In this document: positions 1-18,972 of the stretch, piece by piece
Layout: the number at the start of each line of letters is the position of its first letter
How positions within the stretch are numbered: position 1 is the first letter of the stretch
NCBI GenBank assembly: GCA_001949185.1
Contig: BDGG01000001.1
Location: forward strand, 7,452,149 to 7,516,148
Length of the DNA: 64,000 nt
Origin: Ramazzottius varieornatus
Lineage: Eukaryota > Animalia > Tardigrada
Reading direction: 5' to 3'
The notes under the pieces: generated by a model
The model's input: the letters and a program-made list of their open reading frames with translations, nothing else
What the model was told of the DNA's origin: nothing
Database searches by the model: none
Made by a program: the position numbers and the translations under genes

Positions 1-116
1 CCAAAGAAATCGTGCTATATTGAGAGCAAAAGAGAAAGCGATTCCACTGGAGAAACCCAGAGACAGAGTGGAACACAGTATATGATCTGGCCATAATCTT
101 CAACCTTTTCTTGCAG

Positions 117-931
117 AAACCCAAGTTTGACCAAGGAAGGAGGATACTCAAAGCACTCATGGCCGGTGTACACGCTACACGGCAAGGAGCACCTGATGCT
201 CAATGTCAAGGACCCAGCCATAGGGCGTGGACCCCGTGCAACCCAATGTGCCTTTTGGAAAAAGTACATGCCGCAGCTCATGTCCATGACAGGTACCTTC
301 CACAATGTACTATCCACAGGCCTTTCCCACTTATTTGCAAAGCGCTAGCTCGGGCAGGTCTGCTAGCTACCCCCCTTAAACCTCCTCACCCATATCGTTT
401 CCCTTCCCACCCCAAACCTCATCCCATAACCTGCACCACTTTCTGTTTCGTCCGTTCAGGTCCTATTTTCGTCTTGTATCTGGAACGGCGGCAGTTGGTT
501 TCATCCAGATCGTTATTCCAGGTGGCGCACGCTCTCGGTCATTAACAATGAAAACGTGCGCCACTTAAGAGGACGATCTGGGTGGGATCATTTACCGACG
601 TCCCATCTGTTCTTGGCATTATTTTGACTGCTTGATTTTGTCAAACGCTGGATGATGTCTGTCTGTGACCTTCTCTGGCTAGCGCACCGCTTCTTAACCT
701 TCGTTTGCGTTCAATATTTTCATTTCCGTATTTCGTTCGTACTGTATCTTTAAGTTTCTTTTTGTTTTCGGTGGCGCAGCCGACATCGACGAAGTGGAGG
801 CACAGTGGAAGGCGCAGTTTCACGAATGGAATACGCGCTACATTGTGGACTGGAAAGCTCAGTTTGACCGCTACGTTCGCCAGACGCGCAAGCTGCAAGC
901 ACACAGCCTTTTCGCCCATGAGGACCTTTAA
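117..931 (+). CDS. ace: Acetylcholinesterase-like gene 1, last two exons (5' part outside window)
   Basis: Exon 117-292 (ttgcag|..|gtacc) encodes NPSLTKEGGYSKHSWPVYTLHGKEHLMLN..GPRATQCAFWKKYMPQL, the cholinesterase C-terminus. Exon 780-931 (phase 1) encodes ADIDEVEAQWKAQFHEWNTRYIVDWKAQFDRYVRQTRKLQAHSLFAHEDL*, a T-peptide/WAT domain. Confidence 0.9.
482..604. repeat. Intronic hairpin element, locus 1 (AChE-1 intron 293-779)
   Basis: AGATCGTT..GTGGCGCAC-N25-GTGCGCCAC..ACGATCT. Confidence 0.85.
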
Positions 932-1739
932 GGGCCCGTAATGACCGCACCGAATGCCGATGTTTTCCCGCAGCCAGTATCAGGCGTCCCTGGACTGCTT
1001 GAGCTCGGCTCTCCGTTGTTTCTCTGTTTCGATGGTTCATGCTGGTTGCATTCTTGCTGAGGGGGGTCCTAGCCGTCTAGCACCACCTGCCCGACTATGC
1101 CCGGCATTGACGCTATAAAACTGTGCCTGCACAAATTTCCCTGCTACTTTTCTCACTACGATCGAATATAGAGTATCATTCAAAGTCGAGTTCAATACAG
1201 AATATCATATTTACTATATATATTGATTACAACAAAGTTGAGTTTAGTTTCAAAGCAAATATCTGGTATGGCTTTATTGCACAATTGACAGTTTGCGAAG
1301 ATCCTACTTATCAACACTGTATCTCGAGCACGTTGCAGAGCGGTGTGCAAGACGGTATCCGCCCGGATCGAGGAGTAGCACCACGTCATTACCTTCCGTT
1401 CTGTTCCTTCGGATACTCTTGACTGCCTTCGTTTCGGTAATATGGAGTTTCTAACAACTGGACCTGCCCTCATTTTGACGAGTGGCGCCTTCTGCAACGT
1501 TGACTTTGATAAACGGCATTTCTTTTTATTTTGGTTTTGAAAGGATTTTTATCACGAATTCTACTTTGCTTGTACCGTGCCCAGTCTTACAGTAGTTTCG
1601 ATCCATAGATATGTAGTACTCTTATTTCAGAATGGACCAATTTGATGAACGTGTAAAACATTCAACAAAACCTACATCAAGTTCCTTCGATTCTTTGGCT
1701 GTTTGAGCATGTGGCTTCTCGCCGGGCAAACAAAGGCCC

Positions 1740-4608
1740 TCACAAATCTCCGCTGGGCATTTCGTTGTCGGCGGTATCGCTGGTGACGGACGCTCCCGTC
1801 GTTTCTCGGACAGTTTCCGGCTGAGCAGTAACTTCCCAAAAGGCTTCCGTCGTCTTATTTTCTGTATTCTCCGGACGCGTACTGACCTCGATGGCGTTCC
1901 GTCGGGCCAGATCAGGTACCGCTGTCAGGTTGTAGCGTACTTCCTGGTCGATCAATCGGAGGGCTTCGTCCACGGACGGTGCAAATTTGGCTAAAGGTAA
2001 AGCCGCCCTCGAGCCGGCTTTGGTCTTTTCCAGTACCGTGCTGACTGGCCCTGAAAAGAACCAGAAAGACTTGGAGACGTTCAGCTCTATTAAATAAGGG
2101 ATCCGCGTACCATTGATCGCGGTAAACCATAACCCGGTGTTGCGCTTGACCAGCTCGGTCATCAGATAGTTGAGCGCTCGTACTCCAGCCGCATCCACGT
2201 GAGTGAGCAATGTGCAGTCCAGTATAAGGTAGGCACGGTCCGCGGGTACCGTTCTTACTGCAATGGTAGCTGACTGCGCAGCTTTGGAAGACACCAAAGA
2301 CAAGTCTATGGTCGGCACGGGTTTGTCCCGTCTTTTGCGGATGACTTTCTCGATGATCGGGTGGCGTACCAACCTGGAGGGTGCATCCCTGTTCGGTTCG
2401 AGGAGATCGGACTTCAGCAGACTCTCTACGAGACTTTCCGCATTGTGATGATCTATGGAAGAACCCACCACGACTACTTTGGAAGGCGGTGCTGAGGCCT
2501 CAGGTGAGTCGAGGGTTACCCAATGTGGTCTGTAACGAAAACAAGAGGTAGAGTAGCCGATGGTGAAGGCGAAACTGAACTAAATCTTTACAGCTGTTGC
2601 AGGAACTGATCGCGGAGAAGCGAGAAACCTAGACCGATCAGCAGACCCCATTCCACATCCAGAAGGACGCACGCGATGAAGGTTAGGACCCACTGGAAGG
2701 CGTCCAGTTTCGATGCCGCCCAGACTGCCGGTAGGTCCTCAAAAAGTTTCAAGCTGACGGCCAAAGTCAATGTAATGATTGTCGCGATGACACTCTGTAA
2801 AGTGTATCAAAAGTTTTCGATAGAGTAACTGGGGAGGCCGGTACATGTAACGTAGGAGATCGTTTGGTTCAAGTGACGCATTTCTTCATTGTTATAGGCT
2901 GGACACGTGCGCCGCTTGCAAGAACGATCCAGTACGTTTTGTTTGCTGGCCTCCCAACTAAATATTACACAGGGATATTGTACCGAGTCAATGGCTATCG
3001 TACCAGCGGTAAGTAGTGTAGAGTTTGAGATGCGAAACCCAAAAGGAGGCCAGTCAGAAGGCACGCGAAAAGCGTGGATAGTTGAGATCGGGATTTTATG
3101 CTGTCCAGCACGGTGACTCGCCCAATGTTGGAACTCGCGGGAAAACAGGCAAAGAAGGAACTGAATAGGTTGGCGCTTCCCAAAGCAACAAGTTCCTGCT
3201 TGACGTCCACTTTGTACCCATGTTTCCGAGAGGATGGCTTGGCGGCCTGTAGACACACCGCAATGGACACCAGGGCTGCCAGCATGCCTTCGAAAAATGA
3301 ATGCGGCAAGTACTCGAACGAAGGCATGGTTGGGGATGGAATTCTGTGAAAACAAAATTCCAATAACCTTCATTAGTCGTCGAGACGGAATAGGTCGCGT
3401 GGGAAATCGTAGCATACCCGATGGGACGGACCAGCCCTGGCGAGTTTCCGGCAATCCGGACACCGTACCTCCCCGACAGGTCGAACGCATATGACAGTCC
3501 GATTGCTGCCACCATTAGAATAAACTCGACGGGCACGATGAGTTTGACTTTCCGGAACAAGGAAGGTTGGATAAATTCCCGAAATCCGATCGTGATGGAC
3601 GCTGTCAGCATCGCCAGTAGGGTATCAAGGCCGCCAGCTTTCTTCGCTTGTTGAAAGAGCATGATGATCAACTGTAAAGACAAAACAAGTTCTCGATCTC
3701 TAATGACAAAACACAGTATTTGGCAGGCGCTCAAACAGCCTCAGGATGATCGGCATGTGAAATGGCGCACGCTCTTAGCCAATGATACCGACAACGTGCG
3801 CCACTTGAGAGAACGATCATCTCGATTGTTTGCGGGCTTCAAGATCCAGAGAAAGCGTCAAATAATTGATCGTGTTGTACATTGATGTGTTTGTTGAGGC
3901 CATAAAATCGGTCCAGACCAATGCCGAGCATATTGGGAATCTGAACGAGAATGATCTGCAGACTGCAGGCACAGTTGAAGGGATCGAGAACGCTGAACGG
4001 TAGAATTTTCGACAAAGGTTGCAAACAGAACAGCGCCATGGCAAGCTGGAACAGTCCGGCCCAGAAGGTAAAGCCGACCACGATGCCCTGATGCTGATGT
4101 AAAACATCAGCGAGACCAGCTTCGCTGACCAGTTCCGAGTAAGTCAAATTGGCCATGAAAGGATCGGCAAACATCTTGCGCGTTCGTGCGACGCCGACGC
4201 CAGCTAGGGCGGCGCTTGGGGCGAAGGCTCCTATGGAGTTGTGTCGGGAGGACGCAAAAATGGCGTAGATGAGGCCAGGGAAGAAGGTAAGGTGTACTCC
4301 GTAGAGAGGTCCCACGTTGGCTGCCATACCCGTTCCCATTGCTGTACGCATCAAACACAATATGCTCCATTAGCGATCGAAGAATAAAATTAAGATTTAA
4401 ATAAAATCTAAAACCTGCATTGTGGAATGTGGAAACAGGCAACGGTAACTCCAGCAATGAAGTCCCTCCATACCCAACGCCATCGATACCCTCTGAGAGA
4501 CCGAAATAAAGAAAGGAAGGGGATGAATGATTGTAAATGCTGAGCCAGATGAAAAAGATGGCGTCGGACGTCTTTGAGAATCTCCAGGGAACCTTCCGGA
4601 TCCCACAT
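1740..4608 (-). CDS. SLC26/SulP anion transporter (prestin-like) with C-terminal STAS domain, multi-exon; start uncertain
   Basis: Motifs RDFIAGVTVACFHIPQ, PLYGVHLTFFPGLIYAIFASSRHNSIG, YKVDVKQELVALGSANL, DAFQWVLTFIACVLLDVEWGLLIG and STAS YLILDCTLLTHVDAAGVRAL. Introns include 2795-3003, 3672-3880 and 4342-4418. Confidence 0.9.
2831..2957. repeat. Intronic hairpin element, locus 2 (SLC26 intron)
   Basis: GGGAGGCC..AAGTGACGCAT-N25-GTGCGCCGCTT..GGCCTCCC. Confidence 0.85.
3722..3841. repeat. Intronic hairpin element, locus 3 (SLC26 intron)
   Basis: GATGATCG..TGGCGCAC-N25-GTGCGCCA..CGATCATC. Confidence 0.85.
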
Positions 4609-6081
4609 TTTCCAGCCAACTGGTTCAGAGTGTTAATCGGATTACGACCCACTTCGTGTCACTACACCCCGATCAGTCCGACGCAGAGGCTACCCGTGGT
4701 ATCGCCAAGTTTGATGGTTGACGGATTTTCAAAATCATTTTCGCCTCTCCTTAATCATATATTTTGGAAATTTCAACGGTTAAAATAAACGTACTCAAAA
4801 AGTTTCAGATCAGAAGGAAGCAAAACATGCGTAATTTCTATTGTGAGCACACAGGATCTGCAAAGCCGTTGTGACTTGTGTCCAAACGTTCGATAAAAGA
4901 GTAACGCTGTTGGACAATAGCAAAACAGTAAACAGACACGAACTCACAGACGGTAACAGTGCATTTGAGAAGACCGACCATGGAAATGACACAAACCCGT
5001 TTTGCCGCAAAAAATCACCTTGCTGTGTGATTTACGACCGCAAGTCAGTATAGTTACAGTACACGATGATGAGAAATACAGTAGAGAACGAACGTCATGT
5101 GGGTCACAGACTCAGCAGCAAGTTTCGATTCTTGCTTCAGGCTGCAGAAGCACAAAGAGAAAAGGAGAAACCATCGAGAAATCCCAGATACACTATACCG
5201 GACGAAAAAGCAATTTGTCAAGTGAGTGCGTAAAGCAGCTGAATATACAGTATATCGATGAAAATCCACAACGTTCGACGATAGTTCCATGACGAGCCCA
5301 TTAGGTATCCCAGAGCTACTCCGAGATTAATAAATGTATTGTATTTGTGCTGAGCAAATTTTTTGACTCGCCCATGATAATTCGCGGTTGTCAAACAGAG
5401 CCTCGTCAACTGGAAACCGTAATAATTGTAGTATGTAGCAATGTAGTGCAGTATGGGTTGTGGATTATTGAATCACCCCTCGCAACCCGTGTGCGTTCAG
5501 CAGAACTGGATAATGTTCGTAGGTGTACAGTTTGAAGACGGTTGGAACATGTGAAAGGGTAATGAAAGAACCCCACCGGGAGGTAATTCAATTAAACAGG
5601 AACAAGGAGCTGCTCTAAAACAGACGGTGAGTCGAGAGGCTAACGAGTGACAATTAGCATCTTTCTTGATCGAAGCGTCAGTAATATTCGATCATGCACG
5701 CGATGAATTAGTATTGTCTCTTCTTGAACAAGTACCATTCCTTTCGAAGCCAGTTTTGTCGAACAAGATTGGACGTGGAGCAAGTGCAAGAACATGGTCA
5801 ACGTTAGAAGCCCGGGAAAAAATCCAGAAATGGATGGCCTTCGATAGCAAAGGTCTCCGAGACACATCCTGCAGGAAAAAGAGAAACGCGAAGGTGAGCA
5901 CCGAAGTGTTACAGGAGGAATATGCTGTAGACGATACTTTGACAGGTTTGTACTAGCTGAACAACCACAACAAGAAAGAATATAAAACAACAAAGAATAT
6001 CAAATAAAATTGCTTGAGCAAACGAAATTCATCGTCAGAAAAAACAAAGGCAAAGCAGGGCAAAATTCAACGATATTCGTA

Positions 6082-11323
<5,242 letters not shown>

Positions 11324-14300
11324 TTTGAGGAAAATGGCGACGGCGAGACAATTTTATAGTCGGCAGCGACATCGCCGTAATAAAGAGAGTAGTAACGAGT
11401 ACAGATGAGTGGCCCAAAGAGAATGTGGACGGTGCCGGCTCAATTAAAGTCACGTCAAAAGTGATCCAGTCAGCGTCGTTGAAGACGCATCCAAGTGTTA
11501 CCGAGTGTATGTTGTATTAAGCGACTTGAATATTGAACTGCTGGAAAAATTATGAAAGTGTCACGAGCAGTCGTCATTGTGTTTTCGTCTTTCGCTTGAC
11601 AAGCAATGCGGATATTTCAGTGGAATATTGCTGCAGTTATACAGCTGGCGCAGTGTGCCGCGGGTTGCTTATGGGGTGTTAAGCGTCTTCACATGACTTA
11701 ACCTTGTGTCGTAAAATGGGCGCCAATTACTTCCAAAATGTTTTAAGTGCATTATGCCGTAAATCATACATTTACAGCTAAATGCGAGGCACATCGGATG
11801 ACTTTGCGTACGCGTACGAAAAACCGCATTTTCAGCTCGCACGTGCAGTATGCCTAAACCTCACGACAACGATACTCTGCTGGCTCGCGCAGACGTATCA
11901 GGTCTCTACCCATGAAATTTAGGTTTTAGACGGATCATCTTGAAAACTGAATTTTCGCGTCTCACGGCTATGACCGTTCCTTCAGATGGTGTGCTAGCGG
12001 ACACTGCCGATGTGTCGTCTAACACCACTCCAAGTCTGGTAAGAATTGTTCACCGAGGAGGCTTGGGCAACACTTGGTATCTTTGAAAACTCTTGGCTTT
12101 TTGAGGCTAAACTTGCAACCGGCAATTTCCTGGAAGAAACATACCGACCAGAAATTTTGCAGCTTTCGAAAGTATACTCATCTTGCTATTGTTTCTCATA
12201 CTGCTCACATTTTTAACCCAACCAGGCGAATAGCAGTGGTCAACACAGTAAAGTTGGCGGATTTTTCAAAGTTTTGCGATAATTTAAAACTTTTCTGGGA
12301 TATGTTGGATACAACTGCTATGGTCGGGTTACTGCTATTTCTAGAAAAGACAGCTGAGGCACCATGTGTGCCAAACTACAAGAGGAATAGTGGAAGCGTT
12401 CCCGTGATATGAATTTCTAAACAATGGGTCCACAAAACCGAAATTTTCATAGGTAAATTCCTAGTACCAGTGGCCATGGGTAGCACGATGCGCGAGTTTG
12501 AAGTGACTTCGTGGGACGATCAAAGTGCCCATTCTGTGCCACGTCTACGACGTCAGGAGATATTGAACTCGGCAGAAACGACAGATTTCAGTTTGGCATT
12601 GTATCAACATCAAGAATTGATCGCGAAAATTTTCCAACAGCTAGTGGAAGTTTCCGTAAGGAGCCGTACAAATTCAAGGCGCAGGTGACGCCACCTACCG
12701 AACAATAGGGTCATTTCGAACTTCACGTGAAGACATCCGCGCCTTTTTGACCGTGCGATGCAGTGCATTCTAGGCTATTGTTACGGTATTTTCTGGCGGG
12801 TTTTTCATATAGAATTTTGAAAATTTTGAAGACAAAACCCAAGTTTTGCCTTTTCCGGTATAATAAACTCATTCTATATCTGTGTGCTGATAAGTGAACC
12901 CGGAAGTAGCACTCCGGCCGGGAATTGACCAGCCTCTTTTTGTCCCATTTGCTAACTGCAAACAGATTTCACATCCCTCGTTTTTCTTGTGGCAATGGTT
13001 AGTGTTGTAGCCGTCATAAGTATGAATCTTGACTTCTCGAGAGAGCTTTGTATCGAAAGAAAGCAACGCTTGCGACCTCCAAAAGAAATGAGAATGTGGT
13101 CTGCACATTTTCCTTCGTCAGCGCAATAATAACAGAGCAAAAGAAAGCAGTATAAGCAAGGTCGTGACCGTGATCGTGCTCCATGACTTCTGGACCATAT
13201 TCAACTTCAACCTTCGCAACCGAAACACACAAGGATCAACACAATCTCGAACGTACAAGCTACTCGAAAGACTGACAGTTCTTTGGCACGCTTTGCTGCA
13301 GAAATTAAAAGACCATAATTAACATCTCATGGATCCGGTAACGACCCACCAAACCAGTTATTAGGTTGCTTCGAAGAACCCTCGAGACTAAATTCTGACT
13401 AATGCAAATAACACGTACAAAAGTTCTCCCTCTTTAATTAAAGCAGACGTAGGCTTCAGTCTCGCGTTTATAATCCCATTTTCCATTTGAAGACCTTCAC
13501 TGGAGAACTTCCGTCTTCTCACGCTTCTCCTTTTTCTTCGTGTCGCCATACAACGATGACTCCGCAGAAATCAGAATAAGTCACGACGGGTTGCCGAGTT
13601 TACGATCGACTTCGCTTCCGCATAGACTTCTGACTGCTAATTGAGATTATTTTCGAAGGAAGGCTCAAGCTCAATACGCTCGTTACCACCGTGGCACTTA
13701 TGATTTCCTCATCCACCTCTTGACAGGGTAATTGCGCTTAATCTCAAAATCGCTTAAGGCAATGCTAAATAACTGAGCATCGTCACCAGCACTGGCCGGT
13801 TAGAGAATCCTCAAAGAAATGCATGTTGTTTTCTTCATCAAGCGCGTTCTGCGAGATAAAATTTAGTGCCGGAAATAAGCCTTCTATCCAAGAGATCCAA
13901 AGAGCGAGTGGAAGTAGCGAGTGCGAATATTCTGCGCAATTGTTGGTCTCGTCTCGTGCGTCACTATTTTATTTTCTATAAATTTTTAGCTGCGCATTTT
14001 CAGTGACAAAGTTGAGACATGGACGTGTGAAGTGTGCTTGACAGACATTTGAATATTTTTGACAGTCCGGCCTACATTTTCCGGCTGGTCTGCGGGACCT
14101 AGTCCTTTTACGGAATGCGAACAAGTTGCGATATTGGCCATTCATTCACGCGGAACGTCGTTTTTTTCTTCCGTTCTTCGCCGTGGAAAAAGACGGTATA
14201 GCATCATATCGTACAAAAAAATGCGCCGAAAGGAGCCATGAACAATCAAAACGTGGCTAACGGTCGGGAAACCAGTTATGACGACTGTTGTGGTTTATAC

Positions 14301-14906
14301 TGATGGCGAACTAGTACGACCATTTTCGCTGGCTCAGCGCGTTGCACGGAAGGAATGCAGGCAAACTGCAAGACTGGTAGTGCTCGTCATGACTGACTAA
14401 GTTTGACGAAGTTCACAAAGTGGAAATCGGCTTACTTTGGTTTCTTTCATGAACGGCGAACAACGTGCAGTACAGCGGAGAATTAGTCGACTTAGAAAAC
14501 TCTCGAGTCTCAGCAAAGCATGACAACACCGGCAAAAGTATGAACTCATGTTCTGATCTCATTTCTACTCCTCGCCTATTGTCTCATCTCTGGCACAAAG
14601 TGGTACAACACGCGCCTCTTCGCTTGACCGTCTTCCGATGCGAAGCTAGCTGCGGTTTCTTCTTGCGTTCATCTTCATTTTCGGCACTGATCGTAAACCT
14701 CGCAGTGCATCTTCGAGACCCACTTCTGTTCACTTTCTTTTACCATATTAAGCTTCTCCGCTGACCAAATCCACCGACGGCATTTCAGTGAAATTCTCGT
14801 TGATTGGAATTTCTGCAATTCAACCTTGTTTTACCGAGTCAAATTTCCATCGAGCCAGGAAGTTGAATCGAGACTTTGTTCTGTCCCACTGAGAGATCGG
14901 TGGACG

Positions 14907-17199
14907 ATGAGGACCTTCAAGATTTGTCCGCCGGACGGACTGTGGCGCGGACCTTATGGCGACGATGGTGGCAACGACACCTATTTCACCACGGATGTAC
15001 AAAACCTCACCACGTTGAATCGAGGATGTTTATCCAAGGACCATTACTACCCCGGTTCGCATTTGTATTGGCTTGATACCATTGGGTATCCAATTCTTTT
15101 GGCCCTTTGTACCTTCGGTAACGTTTTAAACCTGATCGCATTCAGCGCCGAGCGACCCAACACGTCGAAAAATATCTTCTTGGTTGCCATTTCCATCGCC
15201 AACTTTATCTACATGTAAGGACCGTGTTCAGCATAGGATCCCTCATACTGAACAGAATCTTAGGAAAAAGGGGGGGGGGAGGATTCTTGTCATACGTTTT
15301 CCGTTCTTCCACGGCATATGATATTACTGTATGGGAGTCCGGCAAACAGACTCAGGATAAATGTACGTTATCTCAAGTGGCGCAGTGGTCATTGCCAATG
15401 GCTGGAGATGTGCGCCACTTAAACCAACAATCATCCCGAGATTATTAACCAGCCGCCCCCCCCCCGTATACGTAAAAGTGAAAACTGTAGTATACGTGTA
15501 CGGTTAATCAAGATGCGAAAAACTTTCATCTTTTACCTTGTTTCAGGTGGTGTCAACTTCCTTTCTATCTGCACAATGCCATCCCACAAGTTCGCTACAC
15601 CGATTCATTCGCCATATTCTTCTGGCGCAGCGAGGGTATATGGAAGTTCTTGATTGACACATTTGTTACGACCTCAGACTGGTAAGTAGACCAATTTCGG
15701 CCGCCTTTTTTCTTTCATCGATCATTTTTATATCGTCCGTAATTACAATGCACACATAATTATAGATTGTGGCAACCACGATCTGTTTTCATCTTGTAGG
15801 ATTCTCGTTATGTTCTCGCTGGAACGCCTATGCGCCGTCTGTGCTCCTCACCAATACTCGAAGCGAAACGAACAGGGTGTTCTCAAGGCTTGCTTAGCCA
15901 TATTGGGTGTATTCGTCGGCGCCATCTTTTACAGCCTTTATAACCTCATCGGCTATTATTGGTTCTACTACCATCATGTCGAGGGAACTGATTGGACCGA
16001 CCAACTTCCTAGCGGACTCAAGATATGGCGCCACATGCAACAGCTGGCTATCGTACGTAACTGCTCAATAAAACCGTACTGGGCACTTGAAAGTTCTCGC
16101 GCACTATTTTTGGTCCGGTTACGTGGATGGCCGCAATACTGTGCGCGTAAATATTTCGATCAATATTGATTTCGAAAAATTATGCCCATCGATAACCCTC
16201 AAGAGTTCTTACGCAAAGCAAAACGTTGGTTCGAATATTTTCAAGCTTATCGGCCTGAAGTTGGTCTGTTAGACTTCCGTGGCTGTCAGTCACAACAAAC
16301 ATACTTCTCGCAACCCTGATCAACTCGCGCATTAACCCTTAAGTACAGTAGATAGGAGCTGGGAAACCGAAAATACAAGATCGCAATGTCGAGTGGCGCA
16401 CCTTCTAGCGAGTAGCAATGGAAACGTGCGCCTTTTTAGATTACAATCTGGTGCGTTTCGTTTGCCCCGCTCCAAACAACAATGCAATTCCGAAAATCAG
16501 GATAAGGTCAAGAAAACATTAAAAGTGTTTCGGAGGAACATTTTAGTTTTTCGAAATCGCCCCTTTAATTACGAGAACTACTCCGTTGACAGGAAGACTG
16601 CTGAACAACGTTTCTAATTGTTACTGGCTTTTTTCTACGGTTGATCTCGGGGTTCGCTTGTCTAGGTTTGCGTTCCCATCGGCACGTACGCCCTGATCCT
16701 GCTCATCAACGCGCTGATCATCCTCATGGTTCTCATCCGTCGTTCGGACTATCCGGCTCCTCTCCACGTTTCCAAGACCAGCAATGCCGGCGACCTCACC
16801 CGCCTTGTCATTGCCAGCTTCGTCCTCTATCTCGTCTTCGTTGTAGCCATGTTCGACCTGGATATCATCCTTCTTCTCAACATGTTCCACTTGTACGACA
16901 TGCCTCTACAATCACGAATGTATCAGATATGGTACCCCATCGCATTGTACCTTCTGAACATCAACTACTCTATCAACTTCTTCGTATACTTGCTGGTCAG
17001 CCCTAACTTCCGCCGAGGTCTCCATCGATTTTTTTGCTGTGGCGGAAGGAGAAAGACTCCGCGACATCGGACTATCACGGAATCCACGAGGACCATCTTG
17101 GCCTACCCGGACAGAACGTTGTCGGACTCGCCGGGCTCGGATGAAATCTTCCTAACGAACACTTACCTGAAACCAAGCCACAATGGAATGCGGATATAA
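14907..17199 (+). CDS. Class A GPCR, FMRFamide/sex-peptide-receptor-like
   Basis: Exons 14907-15214, 15547-15681, 15800-16052 and 16666-17199 join in frame. TM1 GNVLN, TM3 FSLERL, TM7 INYSINFFVYLLVSPNFRR. Confidence 0.88.
15333..15462. repeat. Intronic hairpin element, locus 5 (GPCR intron 1)
   Basis: AAGTGGCGCAG-N24-GTGCGCCACTT. Confidence 0.85.
16354..16474. repeat. Intronic hairpin element, locus 6 (GPCR intron 3)
   Basis: GGAGCTGGG..AGTGGCGCAC-N24-GTGCGCC..CCCCGCTCC. Confidence 0.8.
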
Positions 17200-17518
17200 C
17201 ATTAATATGGAAAATACAGCTATCATTTTTATGTGCAAAAAATCTTTATCCAGAATTTACGCAACCACAATACGAGAAACTCGATGTGACAAAATCAATA
17301 TAATATCAACAACCAGTGCCAGTAAAACTACAACGGGAAAAAGTCGAACTATGGTAAACTTTGTCTGTAGGGAAGGCAAGAAATTCGAGTCACTTCGGGG
17401 CTCACAATGAAAAATTCACCTTCGAGAATTTGGTAAAACGAGAATGTGTTTAGATGAAACTAGAGATACAAATAAAATGTGAAAGAGGATTTTTCTTTGG
17501 CGATGCTGTTCGTCTCAG

Positions 17519-18972
17519 TTACTCCATAGCAATCCATTCGGGGAGCCAAAAAGACTTCAGATCCGTCTGTTTGGCGAAGTCTGACCCCGGTCTCGGGTAA
17601 TTTTTGTAGTATATCACATTGCGAGCAGAGGACAGGTACCCGGCGAAGAACGTGTATGTGCCCGTAGTGAGGATCAGGTGGTCCATCTTGACTAGGATTG
17701 CCAAATCAACATAAGGTCCTTCGTGCTCGACAAAGTGGATATCGAACCCGACCAGGTTCTGTCTGGACCATTCAACGTCGTTTGTGCACACAATGTATAT
17801 CGGGTCTATCACACCTTTGGTCTTGAGGTGGTCCATGGCGTGAGCGAAGTACTCGCGAGGAGGAACTGTGTGGCCGAATTGGTACGAGGCTTCTTCTGTG
17901 ACGTCCCCACGACGAATGTGTATCCCCACCGTCGGCCGACCCTACAAAATACCCATAAAATGAAATACACAAAGAGCGTTAAAAGCCTAGTCCCAAGAGC
18001 GACCATCAGAGCGAAACCGACACGGGATTGTCCACGAAAGTGTGAATCGATGAAACAACCAGCTCACCACTAAACTCGCGCATGATGTCACGACAGAACA
18101 TTTAAAGCACGTTGAAATGAAACATGCGCGACTTGACCTGGGTAAAAGATTTTTCAGCAAAGAACGTATCTTACCTCGAGTTTATCGCCACTTTTTGACC
18201 GGAAACCTTGGATAAGCTCTTCTGCTCTTCGGTTAATCTCGTCCTTGAAGGTAAACTGTCTCCGGATATCATTTTCGAACTCAGGATGGAAATACCTCCA
18301 CGACTGCAAGTAGCCCCACAAGGAGATGTTCTGTCCAGGCGCCAGCTGTGGAATGTGCTCCGTCCGTTGATCATACATACAGCATTCTTCCATGCCCAGA
18401 ACGTAGTTGTTGCAGTCGCTGAGGTAGAAGAAGCTTTCGGCAGGCAGATCGATACGAAAGGCGTCGTGTAGTTTGGTGTGATTGATGGTAGGCTTCAGTG
18501 CGCTCCTCTTGGCAATGGCCCACAAGGAGGCATAGATGAACATGAGGTTACCCAGACCGACTTTGGGGTGGAAGTTGTGTGAGATGTACAAGGTTTCTTT
18601 GGAGGAAAGAGATCTCTTTGGAGGGGAGAGGCAGTCAAAGCGGTAAATGTTCCATTCGGGCAGTCGCACTGTGCGGACGATGTTCTCGATGTTGGAGATG
18701 ACGACCAAGCAGCCGAAGAATAGTCCAGCGCCAGCAGCCAGCAGTAACCATCGCCCTGTAAAAGTATTCTTATAGCTACATGAAGGTATGGTTCGAGTGA
18801 GTTTTATTCCGGACCTTTCGGAGAGGCTAAGAAGCGCCTGAGGAACAATATCATTTGTGGTCGGGTAGTTGCCTTCATCGCGATGCGTGCTTGCGAAGGC
18901 CTCGATCGACCGCCAGGTAAGTCCGTATCCAGCTTCGATCTGGAACGCATGGGACGATGAGTTATCGGGCAT
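17519..18972 (-). CDS. Alpha-1,2-fucosyltransferase (GT11 family), type II membrane protein
   Basis: TM WLLLAAGAGLFFGCLVVI, motifs GLGNLMFIYASL, GYLQSWRYF, VGIHIRRGD, DHLILTTGTYTFFAGYL. Intron at about 17941-18174; N-terminus uncertain. Confidence 0.88.

Noticed and set aside
5666-5956. 96-aa plus-strand ORF
   Set aside because: No ATG start, no recognisable motif and no consistent gene model.
12869-13232. Cys/His fragments (CYYC, H..CEIC..KRG) reminiscent of Chapaev/RAG1-type zinc fingers
   Set aside because: They are spread over three frames with no catalytic core or TIRs. An HMM search would be needed.
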